A program made the translations under genes and the position numbers. The notes beneath the pieces were generated by a model. That model ran no database searches, was not told where the DNA came from, and worked only from the letters and a program-made list of their open reading frames with translations. From Octopus sinensis (lineage: Eukaryota), in NCBI RefSeq assembly GCF_006345805.1, contig NC_042998.1, positions 29,016,001 to 29,080,000 on the forward strand: DNA of 64,000 nt, in the 5' to 3' direction. Below, piece after piece: positions 15,670-30,247 of the stretch. Positions within the stretch are counted from its first letter, which is position 1, and each line of letters opens with the position of its first letter.

Positions 15670-18543
15670 AATCGTACATTGGCATTCAAACATCAACTAA
15701 AAAAAACTCCACTCAGTTTTCCTATTATCAAAATTTATTTTTACAAAGAAATAGTTGAGTGTGACTTCAGAGTTATGCTGGTATTCTAACGTAGACATAT
15801 TCTCACCACATAAATTAGCAGTGATGAAGTAGCTAATTAAAATTTTTCTCATTTCTTGTATTGAATATATAATGCAACATAAATATTTGCACCGTTTCTA
15901 GAGTAACGGTGCAATGCCGAAGCAGTATAAAATGATGAACAATTTTAGTTAATTTTTTGGTTCTAAATTTTTATGAATCAGAAAATTGTATTTTTGTTAC
16001 TCTTGAAGAGAATTTGCTTCATGTAATGAGAATTAACTCTAAAATGGAAATCAATAATGTGATAGTTCATATCTACTTGGTACTTAAAAATCAGTTTTTA
16101 TTGATTTTGATAATCAAATTGCATAGAAAATATTTTCATTATGATGTGTTTGAAATTAAGTTTGTTTGTGATATAGGTTTTGTTTTGCTACTTTATAGTA
16201 TATATTTTCCTTGTTTATTATGCAATTATAGAAGTTTGTTCTCAAGAATTTTAAGAAAGTAGCTTTGAGGTTCATTGGTAAAACAAGATAACTGTAGTTG
16301 CTTGAGATTAATTGCAACAACAATATCAAGAATCAAGCATTAAAGGAAAATACTAAATTGATAATCTATGTTATATAATACGTGTTTAGTTAGGCATATA
16401 TTGACTTTGACGGTTTATTAAGTAATTAAGATCCTAAAAGTACATAACTAATTTTATAAGTTTGCTCCAAGAATCTATAATGTTGGATTTCTATTTATAT
16501 GCTGCATGTAATTTATTAAGTTCATTTCTAAAAATTATTTTAGAATGTATCTAAAATATATATGTACACATAATTACATGAATAAATATGATAGCCACAT
16601 TTAAATTTACAATTACGACTTATTGCTTCGTCTACGCTTTAAGCAAAATGTTTATAAACAGACCTCCGTTGATATACAACATATATAATCTTATAAGGAA
16701 AAAATATATGTCTGAAATAAAATGTATGCTTATGCAGATTTACAAATCAAATCTTTTCAAGGAATATTAAAAGTAAAATATGAGGGTTTTATGATTAATT
16801 TCTGTTACTGATGTTTAAAATATATAATTAAAATAATGATAGGACGATTTGTTGTTTGGATACAAATCATTACCACATCAGTGCTTGAGTGTTTTTACTT
16901 TTGTTAAGGCTTAAAACTTGATCATTGCTAATGCGAAATATGTTTTTGAGTGTATATTGGAATTCTTGCTTTTACAGTGTATCACTAGGGAGCTTATTAT
17001 TTATATGGTGTTCTATAATGTTTGAATGAGTTTTTTCTCAAAATTACTAAATATTACAATTTTCATTATATAAATGTGTTGATGTGTTATGCGTTGAAAA
17101 TGTCTCGTTTAGCCTGAAGTACTTTTGATAGTCTACTCTTTAGACGTAAATTATTGAATCGTAAGAAAATTGCTATATAAAGTTTAAAGATTTTTTTTCT
17201 TAGATACTAATTGCTAATATTTTAGATTTTTATTGATTATTGATATCTTTAAAATCATGTTTTTAAGAAGTTAACTAAAAATTTAGAAATCTTTCTCTGT
17301 AAGCTAAAGTAATACTTAATTTTGTACAAATATCAGCTTGATAATATAATTACAAGCTTGTTGCCTAGTTAATGATAGCATGTTGTCTGGTAGAGAGATT
17401 GTCTAAATGTTATACCTAAGTGTAATAATATCTGCTTTGAATATAAAATGAAAAATATATATATATAAATATTTAAAAAAAAATATGTTAAAAACATTAA
17501 AAAATAACCAAAAAAAGGCTCATCATCAGGATGTGACATTAAGTTTCTGCTGAAAATCTCTAAAGAAGTTTATAAAACAGCTCAATTATTTTCTTACTTA
17601 TTTATACATTGATATGTGAATGATTTTGTCATGATATTTTATTCCTTATGATGACAGGTGAAAACTTACACATTCCAGTTGACAATTTAGTAGAATAGAT
17701 GTAGACTTGATTAAAATTTCAAAATTCAAGCCCCACCACCTTGAAACAAAAAAAACAAACCCCAACCCAAAAAACTAACAGTAATAATTCTTGCTATCTA
17801 CTCTAATAATTAATTCAACTTCTTTATTGATACTGATGTTATTAATTATACAACCTACATGTTTTAATGTACGTTCTTCTGTGAAATCCATCACTTCTTT
17901 GTTATTCTTCAGAAAACCATCATCCTATATTTTATTTTCATTCTCTTTTTGTTTTGTTTTTTTTACCAATTATTCTACAATTATAATTATTGTCACACAA
18001 CTAAGACAGTTACTAACACTGCTGCTACTGCTGTTGCTACCACTACTATCATTACTACTACTACTACTAATACTACTACTACTTATTTCCTTAACCACTA
18101 TTACAACTACTTACATAATATTTCAATATACATTTCTGACCCTTGAACAAAAGTTTTAATAATTCTCGTAATTGACAAAAAGTTTTTAGAATTAGATCCA
18201 TGTCCACGTATGTGCATGTGAAAGTTACCTTCTTATGCACTTAAATTCATAAACAAAAAATGTGTAATACATGAGGTAGAGTTGAATGTTTCTTGGCTTT
18301 AAAAGATGACAGTGACGTCAAAGTTTCAAGTCTGGCATTTCAAACTGTGGTATAAAACTAAATAGTTGTTATATATAATAGACAGCCTAGAATTATCGAA
18401 GGCGAGAAGAATAGTTGTATTGGAGTAGAATTATCAATGAAAAATTATCAAGAATAAACCAGAGAAATGCAAAAGTGTGTTTGTTTTCGATATTTGATCA
18501 ATGATAAGAAATAATGAAATATGAGCATATATAGGTGAAAGTT

Positions 18544-18962
18544 CAATTCTATATTTAAGAGATGAGGAATTATGTACATTATTTACGTTTGATGGATATT
18601 TGTTCTCATCTTGTTTGTTGTTAACACACCGTTTCGGCTGATATATCCTCCAGCCTTCATCAGGTGTCTTGGGGAAATTCGAACGTGGGTTCTCATTCCT
18701 AAGGTATTTTTTGATATTATTATTATTATTATTGAGATCACTGCTTAACCACTATGCCATATGCCCACGGACATAATAATAACAATAATAATGATAATAA
18801 TAATAATAATAATAACAACAACAACAACAACAACCTTAGGAATGAGAACCCAGGTTTGAAATTTCCCCAAGACCCCTGATGAAAGCTGGAGGGTATATTG
18901 GCTGAAACAGGTTAACAACAAGATGAGGACAAATATCCGTCAAATGTAAATAATGTAAATAT
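18544..18962. mobile_element. Hammerhead-SINE family H, inverted dimer inserted as one unit
   Basis: Minus-strand copy ~18547-18767 (tail, hammerhead motif 18623-18668, partly deleted tRNA head) joined to a plus-strand 5'-truncated copy ~18771-18957; 14-bp TSD tataggtgaaagtt at 18530-18543 and 18963-18976. Confidence 0.88.
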
Positions 18963-19258
18963 TATAGGTGAAAGTTGTGTGAAACTTATGTGCTTGTAAA
19001 CACACGTATAATTTCTACCCAAGTCAAACTTAATGAAACTTCATAATGCCAAAGGGCAAGTTAAATAACTATTCTACATAATAGTCTTACTAGAACTGAA
19101 CTGTGACTGTAGTGTTTACTTCTATTGCATAAAATGTAGCTGCAACAATAGTGTGTCACTTTAATCAATATGAACGAAAAGGTTACATTAAAACAATCAC
19201 TCACATTATCTTATCCTTTCCTTGTGAAACTGGCCTTTAGCTTAACCCTTTATCTTAA

Positions 19259-19480
19259 CCCTTAATCATTCAGATTATTTCGTGAAATGTAATGCTTATT
19301 TATTCACATTGTTTTGGATTAATCAAGCAGTGTCTTGTTGCTTTGAGATTTTGATGATGTGACTGCTTATTTGTAGAATGGCATTGTAGTGTAGGTATGA
19401 GAGGTCAGATACAGCTGGTTTGAACATAAGAACAGGTAGAATATTTGAGCCTAATTTGGCCAGTTTAAATGCGAAAGTGT
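19259..19480. mobile_element. piggyBac-type MITE family P2
   Basis: Starts ttaa-ccctt; homologous to 36357-36572 (shared tagaatggcattgtag, tttgaacataa, tttaaatgc). Confidence 0.65.
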
Positions 19481-21963
19481 TGGAAGATGTTTGAAAAAAT
19501 TTCATTGTCCATACCAAAGAGCTTAAGATAATGATGTCACTAAAACCTTATGACTGTTTAATTTTCTTGTGATTATTTTGCGTATTAAGTATCACATTTA
19601 ATGCATACAAACGGCAGGTGCAAATAAGTAATTAAAATATTCTGACAGCTTTGTGATATGAATTCAGTTCCTCCTCTCTGGCAGCTAAGTTTCCAGTCAT
19701 AGACATAGTCAGTTGCCTGAAAATTCCACCAGCCAGACTTGCCATTGACATGCTACATGAATACAAAGACACTGGGGTTACAGGACATTTATTTCAGATT
19801 TTCTTTACTGTAGCATACAAATCATAGACAGCCAAATCCATGACCTAGAAATAATTGTAATAATTTCCAGTTGTAATTCTAATGCTTTTATCTCGCAAAT
19901 GTTCATAAAAAAAGCATTAATATCATTCATTTCTCATTTTTTTTCCACTATAAATCTAAATTTTTATTAATTTGCACCTACTCTTATCTTACTTCACAAT
20001 ATATTATATCATTCCTATGTTGTTGGTTATCATTATTGTAAATATAATCATTAATTTTATTTGAAAGATACTATTTGTCTATACTGCTCAGACCTGATTG
20101 TATATAACTACAAAACAGAAAATAGTAAATGTTAACAATAGAAAATTGTGGTATTTGAATTTCAAAACGCTTTCCTTGACACCACTTAATAAAACTAGAA
20201 ATTTTGTTGAACCAGATAGAAATTTTGCTGCTGACACATTACCAGAGAATGTTTAATTCTTTTTTTGTTTTTAAAACCAATCTTGTATTTAAGAAACTTA
20301 AATTGTCCTGGAAGTATTAATGGATGTATAAATGTAGTTTGTATATAGGTATAAATCAAATGTTATAATAAAATGCTTGTTGTCAAAGGCACTCCATAAA
20401 TCTAAGGAATTTATAGAAATTTATGTTTTGGTTTTATTCTCTGTGCATAATATTAATATAATTATCTCAATATTAGTACTAAAATTTACATTTAGAAATG
20501 AAAACTTATGTGTATATATGTAAGCATATATAATTGTATGTGTGCATATACATGTATGTAGTGTATATATAAATATATATATATGGATCTTCAAGTATGT
20601 AGTGTATAATTGTGAATATGTATGTGTATGAGAGCGAGAGAGATATCTGATTATCTGTAACCTCAATTACTACAAGTTGAAATTTTGTGTCAGCATATTA
20701 AAACACAAGCTATTCTATTTGTAACACAAAAAAATTATAGATAGTAAATAAAAAAAGTAAAATGAAAGCATGACAAACTGATGCAAATGCGTCATTAATT
20801 GTTATTGTGTTATTTGAAGCTGCAGTGAGATATATTATATATTATGATTTAAAAGATTGTGTATTTACAAAATCAGAATTTATTGTTAACCAAAACAGGT
20901 TAATAGAAATAAATTAACATTTCAAAATTATTAATGATTTTCTACAAATAGCATGTGATGACACATCACATTATCACCTGAGATTTACTATTACAAATAT
21001 ACAGTATATATTAACGAATATAATAAAATTAGATTTATTTCAGAATAACATGGTTGATTGTCCAACAATTTCTACTGATTACATAAAGAAAAAATGTCAG
21101 AGATTTATTCAACTAGACATTAAATGAAAGGGTTTAGAATGCTTTATAGAATTTATAGCACTTAACTGTTTATCAAATTGTGTTCTGCAAAATAACTATT
21201 TGCTTTTCTTTTCATTGACTGAATGTTGTTACAAATGGGAAAAAGAATTATTTTCTATATGTGAAATTCTATTGTATTAAAAACTGTTATTAGAGTCGAA
21301 TGAGACAACAACTACATCTTTCATGTAATGTCTTTATATTATATCAGAATAACAAAAGAATGTTTTTTCACTCTACAAGACCTCACTGCAGTTAAGAGAT
21401 AGCCTGGAAAGAATTACAAAATATTAATGCCACTAATGTGTAGAAATCTAATCCAAAGGTTAGTTATTTCTGACATGGCCATATTAGTAACAAGTAATAA
21501 TAACTCTTATGAGGTGAACGATGTGACAGAGAAAACAAATGTTGTTAGACATTATAGTTTAGAAGATACATGTATAGAGACATTTACAAATGTTCATAGA
21601 ATTTTTACTCAGGTTTTCTTTTATATTTATTGAACCATGCTTTCTTTTGTGAAAATTAGCCATAAACATAAACTGCTTTTCATATAAGGCATCTTAAAAT
21701 TGATTTTCCAGGCTAGAACATTTTAAACATGTTAATTAATTAGATTAATTAAAGGAAATAATATATAAACACATATATTAGTCTCCTCACACATATATGC
21801 ATATTTTCTATCCTCCACAACACATAATTAGAAAATATGTATATATTTATGCATGTCTGCACTTATGTATACACACTCATATATGTATGTACTTACATAC
21901 AAAGACATATGCATACAAATATGTTACACATGTCTACATATCAACATGCATTATATTTGTGTA

Positions 21964-22007
<44 letters not shown>

Positions 22008-22508
22008 TATATGTAGAAGGTAGAAAAGTAACACACGTGTTGATATGTATAACAAAAATTTTCCTTTTTATATATATATATATATATACATACATATATA
22101 TATATGCGTATATATATATATATATATATATATATACCACGCTATGTGGTTAATAAGTTTGCTTCCCAACCATGGTTTTCAGGTTCAGTCCCATTGCGGG
22201 ACACCTTGGGCAAGTGAAGCCTCAGACTCAGCAAAAAGCCTTCTTTGAATGTTATCAAATGTTTCACTCAAAGCAAGCTTTGGATGAAATTCTGTAGTAC
22301 GCCACGCACTATTCTGCAATTATTCAAACTCAGAATGACACTGAACAATCACAGGATAGTATGCAGCTTGGTATACATGATATACAAGCCTATCCAATAA
22401 GTGTAGTATTCAAGTTCTGTGTGAGCTACAGGAGTAGCTCACACATAACTCCTGTGCTTATTAAATTATATATATATACATATATATATACACACTTGCA
22501 CATGTATA

Positions 22509-22552
<44 letters not shown>

Positions 22553-22558
<6 letters not shown>

Positions 22559-22625
22559 GAGGGAATATTATTCCACACTTACAGGGAAAAATTCAATTTA
22601 GAAATACTAAATCAAATTTCACAAA

Positions 22626-22666
<41 letters not shown>

Positions 22667-22855
22667 TAGAAAAAACCCACCTTTTATCAATTCAATAATG
22701 AAAAATCAAATTATTCCATTTAGAAAGATTGCATATTATAGAAAGGTTAAATGTAAGATAAAACATATAACAATGATTAAGTAATGTGCAAAATAGTAAA
22801 TCAAACGTATATATTTGGTAGAATAATGACACGTGTTTCGTGGCTATATTTAAGA
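22553..22855 (-). mobile_element. Penelope-like repeat family J with the 3' half of a hammerhead motif
   Basis: Near-identical to 34781-34950; minus strand at 22828-22839 reads GAAA-C-acgt-GTC. Confidence 0.65.
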
Positions 22856-23030
22856 AATGATAATAGTAATAATAATAGTAATGATAATAAGTATAGTATA
22901 TATATATATATATACACACATATATACACTTTCATGAACCATACATCCATATGGGAGATCCTCTCAAGGTAAATAATGGAGTATTTGTTTCTCTAACAGA
23001 ACAGTCTCATCAAGTTGAACGTAATGATTG

Positions 23031-23069
<39 letters not shown>

Positions 23070-23587
23070 TTGATTGATTGATAGATCAATAGGTAGATAT
23101 TTAGATAATCATTTATCAATATTTCAAGTGATGAAACACTGCATTTTTCAGAAATTTTATTCTGAAAGTACACTATATATTACTATAAAATTATGTATAT
23201 TAATGAAATTTTCTGCCTCTTATCTGGAACTTACCATTGCGTCCAATTAAGCATTTGTTTAAAATTCGTATTTGATTATTGTAATCAGAAGATTATTTCA
23301 TATTAGCAGGGCTTTGAATTTCATTCTATTAATGAAATACACACAGGGTAAAAACATTATTACAAATATCTCTTTCTTGGTATGTGAATAGACACACATG
23401 TATTTGTACATTTATGTGTATATCTATATCAATAGATTGATTATATATATGTGTGTGAGTTTGTGTATGTATGTATATCTTTGTACATATACACAGGTAC
23501 AGAATATTACTTTAAAAAGTCTTAGTCAGCTTATGGCAGGATGGGAAAATCAGGCATATAAACCAATGATAATGATGATAAGCATTG

Positions 23588-23665
<78 letters not shown>

Positions 23666-23670
23666 TTATA

Positions 23671-23712
<42 letters not shown>

Positions 23713-23791
23713 CGTGTGTGTATATATATATATTATATATATATATATATATATATTATACGTGTGTGTATATATATATATATATTTATAC

Positions 23792-23849
<58 letters not shown>

Positions 23850-23855
23850 TTATAC

Positions 23856-23905
<50 letters not shown>
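23588..23905. repeat. Compound minisatellite (TA)n-tttatacg-(TG)n, about 6 units
   Basis: Recurring ttatacgtgtgtgt anchor separated by variable TA tracts. Confidence 0.9.
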
Positions 23906-23910
<5 letters not shown>

Positions 23911-24296
23911 TACACACACTCACACATTTGTATTTGTGTGTTTAGTTGTTTGAGCATTATGTAACGATAAAATGCAGGAAATTTTGTTTGGTGACATATA
24001 TTTGATACTTCTTGTTTTTAACAAAATCTGTAAATTCTGGATTATCCATATTGGAATTCTTTGCCAAATAGCTGATATGTATTATTTGAAAAAGGATAAA
24101 AAACAAAGATGAAAGAATGACAGTAAAGCCACAAGTAGAAAACAGTTTTTAAGCCCACTGCTTTATATTATAAGGCATGAGTTACAGCTTCAATTAAATA
24201 AACATCTGTGATTTTCATACCTTTCTGTTACTCAACCTCTTAAAATTAGATTCTTTATTTTATCATCTCAAATGCAGTTTATATCAAAACTGATTG

Positions 24297-24663
24297 CAAT
24301 GTTTTAGCATAGGGGTCCTCAGCCATTTTTCATCTATTGACCCTGCCTATTTTTCATCTATTTTATTCTTGTGGACCCCCATAGACATTCAATGTTTCAA
24401 AACTAGTTTTATAGAAACCTCTTTCAGAATTCCTATTTTGTTTTTCTCACATTAATTTCTGTAGGGTGTACTAGGTAAAATGTTAGTGAAAGAAACGTAG
24501 CTGTCTGTTACTATGTACACCAATATATACATCTAAAGAAAACATTTTTCAGGGACCCTTAAAATACAATGGTGGATCCCCAATTTACTAATTTTTTGTG
24601 TGGACCCCACAAAATCTTACTTGAACCATCAAGGGCGGTATAGACCCTAATTCAGAACCACTG
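24297..24663. mobile_element. Decayed hAT-like MITE
   Basis: Right end gaaccactg (reverse complement CAGTGGTTC, a hAT/Charlie-type terminus), degenerate left end, several subterminal ggacccc motifs; no intact 8-bp TSD. Confidence 0.55.
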
Positions 24664-24759
24664 TATCAGTATGCATTAATACTCAGAAATACAGCTTCAC
24701 ATGAACATATGTGTATGTATGTGTGTGTGTGTGTGTAAGCATCACAATCAGTTTACCCC

Positions 24760-25290
24760 TAATTTACCATGCTAGCATAGGTTGAATGAGTCTTCTCAAA
24801 AATGGGCTTCTCTACATTTGTTGCTGTGAGTTTCATACCCTTGAAATCAACTTTCACCACTTATATTCTTATGTCTTCCTTGATATTCCTCTTCCAGAAT
24901 TCCATTCCTCTTGAATGACTTACCATAATTTAAATCAACTCTCACGCTTCATATGCATCGCTTGTCCATACCAGCACAGTTCATGCCACATCTGATTCCA
25001 CTTTTACTCAGATATTTTCGCAGCTCAATTGTGCACACTTGCTCATGCATATTAAATTACACAGCCTGCCAAGTATGCTCATGTTATATTCCAGCCACAG
25101 ACATTGTTCACATTCAGGGCTTATGTTTTACAACCATGCATATCCTACATCATATGCAAACATCATGTAATCTGTTCATCACTGAAAGAGAAAAGCTTGT
25201 TGCCAGCAGAGATAATATCTCCCTGATCGGTGCACATCACATTCTCTACTCTGGTTTTCTTGTTTCTGAAGCACCTGACCCTGGCCCATA
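24760..25290 (-). mobile_element. Heavily decayed RTE-type LINE fragment
   Basis: Minus strand gives broken REILSLL...RLHDVC...MHGCKT*, resembling the post-RT RELLPLL...GRLY...LHGSETW region of RTE; ccatgctagcataggttg tail at ~24767. Confidence 0.55.
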
Positions 25291-26138
25291 GCTAATTAGG
25301 TTACCTTGGCAATACAAGATAGCAATTTTATACCCACATACATATAAATAAGGTTAGCTGAGTTAGAGGTTAAAATAACCACGTAAGGGATAGAAGTATT
25401 CCTTATACTACCGGTATATTACCTATGTTTAACCATGGGCATACATATGCATACATATTATGCAGTCTATTTGATTGATTGATTGATTGATTGATTCCAG
25501 TTTCAGCTTATGAGCTGTGGCCATGCTGGGGCACCGATAATAATTGATGTAAGTCAATTGTTGTTCATCAATATTTCTCCATTTTCTGTTTTCTTTCAAT
25601 ATATATATATATATATAAATAAGGATAAGATTGCTAATTTAAATATTGATCTTATCAAGTGACCAGCATGGGAATAAAAACTTTCAAAGGTAATAATTAT
25701 TATTAAAATTATAATTTAGGGTATCTAAGAGATACCGCCACGCTGGAAATAGCAGCCAAAACCTGACTCTAAAACCACATTAATGTGGTTATAGAGTGAG
25801 GGAATTACTTAATTATTTGTTTTTTTTTTATGGCTGGATGCCTTTCCCAATGACAACCACTTAGTAGAGTGTACAGGGCACATTTTTTCATGGCACCACA
25901 CTTGAGAGATTGGATTGTCTTTGCTGAGAGAGGACTGGAAAGATCTCATCATTTTATATTGTCTCTACTCATGTAGTAACTTAATAGGGTAATTAGTAGG
26001 TGCATATGCGACACTGAGAGGGTGCTTGTGTACAGTAAATTTGCTGTAGGAACATTAGTGATAAAAAGGCCAGAAATGAGTTTTTGAGAGGTGGGGCTAT
26101 GGAAGTAAATAATATCTAATGCATGTGTATATAATTGC

Positions 26139-26350
26139 GCGAGCTGGCAGAAACGTTAGCACGTCGGGCGAAATGCGTAGCCGTATTTCGTCTGCTGTTA
26201 CGTTCTGAGTTCAAATTCCGCCGAGGTCGACTTTGCCTTTCATCCTTTCTGGGTCGATAAATTAAGCACCAGTTACACACTGGGGTCGATGTAATCGGCT
26301 TATTCCGTTTGTCCCCTCTGTGTTTAGCCCCTTGTGGGTAGTAAAGAAAT
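26139..26350 (+). mobile_element. SINE family B
   Basis: gcgagctggcagaaacgttagc...gagttcaaattccgccgaggtcgactttgcctttcatcc; approximate TSD tataattgc/taaaattgc. Confidence 0.88.
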
Positions 26351-27319
26351 ATATAAAATTGCACAGGTGCAATTATAGGTGATTGGATAGAAAAACAATG
26401 CCATCAAAGGTATTTGAATGGGTGGGATGGCAGACGGAGCAAGAATAGGATAGGAAGAAGACAGGGGTATATAGAGACTGATAATGAGATAAAACCAGAG
26501 TGAGGGATGCTAATAAACGTAGTTCAGAGAAGAGAGAACACTGGCTGGCAACACAGTATGGAAAAATTAGAGTGTATTGGTCATTCAGGAGATGATGGTG
26601 CTCTAATGCTGTCTCCTGTATATAAGTCACCTGAAGTGCAAATGGGGCAGAAGGATGATGATGGTGCAATCAGCACAGGTGATGAGAGGTGGAGGGCTAT
26701 GATAAGAAGGTGAGCCAAAAGGAAGGTGAACCCTGGGTAGATGGGAAGTGAGTCAAAGATGTAAAACAGATGTACACACACACACACACACATACACATA
26801 TATATAAATTCCTCTATTTACATAATATCGAGGTCTCTTTCTTTCTTTTGTTGTCTTACCATTTTTATCAATATTTACATATATATATATAGATAGATAG
26901 ATATATGTTGATTGTGTGTGTGCTACTGTGGGATGAGTAGTGTGAAATTTGTTAATCAACAAGTATTAAATATTTGGAACTCTTCTTAAAATCTGAGAAG
27001 TTTATTAGAATTTTATTACGATATCAATGTGTTACTTGTTACTCTTAGTGTTGCTTTATATTCATGCAGTATCACAACAAATGCAGCTAATTTGTTGAAT
27101 ATATCAAATATTAGTATAGAATACATTAGTCCTTCTCTTCATATATTTAAAAAAAATTACTTTAATGGACTGAATCATAAAAATTTTATCCAGATTAATT
27201 GGTTTGTTCCCTTTCATAGTTTGACATTCACTCTCAGCATCACAAGTAAATGTAATTCTTATCAATTACACAAAATCTCTGCTCTGAATGATAATGGTAA
27301 ACTATACCTATTTATTATT

Positions 27320-27405
27320 TTTAATATTATTATTCAGGTCACTGCCTGGAATTGAACTCGGAATCATGGTTTGTAGCTCTTAACCCCTACACCGTATGCC
27401 TGTGG
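27320..27405 (-). mobile_element. Isolated tRNA-like head of family H
   Basis: tattattcaggtcactgcctggaattgaactcggaatc matches 55095-55135. Confidence 0.7.
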
Positions 27406-30247
27406 GGCTATTTATGTCAGTAAATTTTGACTTGTTTGAACTATACCTTTTCTGATTAGTGTTTCAGATTTTATATATTTCCAATACTTATAAAATTTCT
27501 CCGTTAGTTTTCCGGTTCTCTTTCACTGACAGCCCTCTTTGATAATTGATATCAGTTTACATGGACCCTAAACAAGGTCTACTCCTTTGTTAGTTTTGTA
27601 GATCAAATTTTAAACTGCTTGTGTGGATACATTGTAACTAATGACTCAACTGAGTTGCTGGACATCAACTCCCTTCATTCTTGACTTTCCATTTTAAAGG
27701 CATTTGTGAGACATTAAATGCATCTTAGTTGTCTTAATTATTTCCCCAAACAAGTCCTTTAAAAGTTTAATTCATATGGTAATTTCCTTAGGCACATTTC
27801 CCACGAGTATATAACACTTTAGTATGCATGGTCTCCAAATGCCTTTACCATTCATAATGGTGCTTTTGCTGGTTACTGGAAATATTTTTTGTGTTTTGTT
27901 TTTCTAAAAATAATGTTCGCTTTCTTCACTGCAGCTACACTGTGGTCATTGTGGAACTTCAAGTCTTTATCACTAATCATGTTAAGCTCTTTCTCATCTG
28001 TAACAGCTTCAAGGATATTATTATCTCGCATTTAATAGGAATAGTTTCGGCTTGATTTTGCCTAAATGCGTTTACATTTTCTAACATTCTAAGTTAATTG
28101 TCATTTAGTATTATTGGAGCACTTCAGCTCTGACATTGCCACCTCCAGTCAGAATTATATTTGAAAGTTATCAGCTTTCAAACACTTTCAATTAACGACT
28201 CCAACTCATTAATGAATGCATAGAAATAATATTAGCTTAACACAGAACCCTGTAGGATGTTGTGTATTACTTGTATCTGGAATGAGTAAATACGCAAATA
28301 TATCTTATCAACATAATCCTTTTTCACTTTCCTACAAAGCTTTCATGTAAACGTTTCTTCTGAGAATCCAAATAAGATGCTTATGATGCATTTTTTTTAA
28401 AGACAGCTAAATATTCTAATGGCACAACAAATACTAGATACTCCATTTGTGGTGGTGCTAAAATAATTATTTCATTTAATTCCCTAAAGAAAAATTAAAT
28501 GCTGCTTGCTTAACTGATTATTTAAAAATAAGCTAAACAGTTTGATACTAACATGTCGTATTCCCTTATGGCCTATCAGGAAATTTAAATTAATAATGTG
28601 TAATATTTATGAGCATAGAATAAAAGTACTTTAAGTTATAATAAAACATTAATGAATATATTCATGTTTTCTAGTTTATCTTACTGATTTAAATCTAGAT
28701 ATATCTTTAACAAAATATAAATCCATAAAAATATAATTACACGAAATTTTATTCATAATAAATTTTCTCCTAAAAGCTAAAAACCTAAATTTAGTTATTG
28801 ATTAAATCTGTAATATTAATTTCAACTTATGCTTGCTTAGACATTAGTACAACATTCTCATTTTCCTTATCACCTTAAATAAAATTAACTTGATTTGAGG
28901 AGAGAATAGTAATCCCTAAGTAACTGTTTATGTCTAAAACATGCCTTGTACTGGATTGAACATCATGGTGATTTATTGTTTAGATTCTTGAGCAGTTTTT
29001 ATTTTCAATTATAACAGACTGAAGTCAGTTTTAAAATGTATACAGTATCTTAGTTGAATCATATTCATAGGATAGCATTGTTTTCAAAGGTTTATTGAAA
29101 ACATATATTGATTTCTGAATTTTTAATTTGTAAGGAGGTTTTGTGTCTTTATGTGAATGCGGGATAGAAAGAGAAATTACTGCTTGTGTAATCAACTGTG
29201 CTATATCAAAAAATGTACAATGCTTTTATTTATTCAGGTCAGGGGTTGTTTTATCATTTATACAACTAAATGCCAGCCTCAAAGTAAGATTTCTTGTCAT
29301 TCTATAAAATTAAAACAAATTCAAAACTAAACAGAAATGATTTAAATTTCGTTTTTCTAAGACAACAAAGGGTTTAAAATTATGATAATACAATGACTGG
29401 TAGATATTGAATTAATGCTTTTACTAATTAAATAACCTTGTAAAATAATATGCTTTGCTTTCTGTGACATGGAATTCTATTGAAACATTTTAAAATGACA
29501 ATAAAATTAACTCATTTCCTGGTGATAAACATTTCTTTTATGGATCCGTGAACTGTTTGGCTAAATACAAATCCTCCATTAACTACCAGACTCAATTAAG
29601 TATTTGTAAAACGTTTATTACAACCTGAAGCAATACTATCATCTAAATGAGGTTTTAATCTAATTATATCTTTGAATGCCATGTAAAATAACTAATATTT
29701 ACTTTTATGCTTTGATGTCGCTGAACTGTATTGTGCAAGTGTTTAATGGCTAACAAATTATTTTGCATCAAAGACTTAATGTTTTCTCTTTCATTGTACA
29801 GTTTTAAACTCAATTCTTCTAGATGGTGCTATACAGCTTGCTGTTTCACCTTGAAGATTTAAGATTTAACTTTGGTTAATACATCATGGCTCCGGATGCT
29901 TGGTACCATTGGTCCAAGTTATATTCTTATTAGAACTAAATTATGTTAAGTAGACATTCTCTAATTCAGGATAATGTTTGCTTGGTACTTTTGATTTATT
30001 GAATGAAAGGCAATCAGAATTGCAAAAATTAAACCCAGAAATTTATAGCTAAATATTTGAATATTTTGAAACTAAAAAAAAATCATGAAATGAGATATTT
30101 CCTTTATAGTTCTTTTTTCCCATTTTTTTAGGTGTTCTTCTATCAATTGGTTATTAATAACTATGAAACTTGAGTGGTATTCGTAATTTTCTAGCAATCC
30201 TAAGAAGTAATACACTTATAAAATAATACTTGATAAGTATTATTATC

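Noticed and set aside
17949-18146. Thr-rich/Leu-rich ORFs
   Set aside because: Derived from an (ACT)n trinucleotide repeat
25621-25815. Repeat-like segment with ctaagaga...cagccaaaac as another hammerhead
   Set aside because: Core nucleotides and stems could not be assigned convincingly
26373-26750. Purine-rich segment possibly a decayed LINE or an exon
   Set aside because: No translatable motif recognised; too degenerate to call
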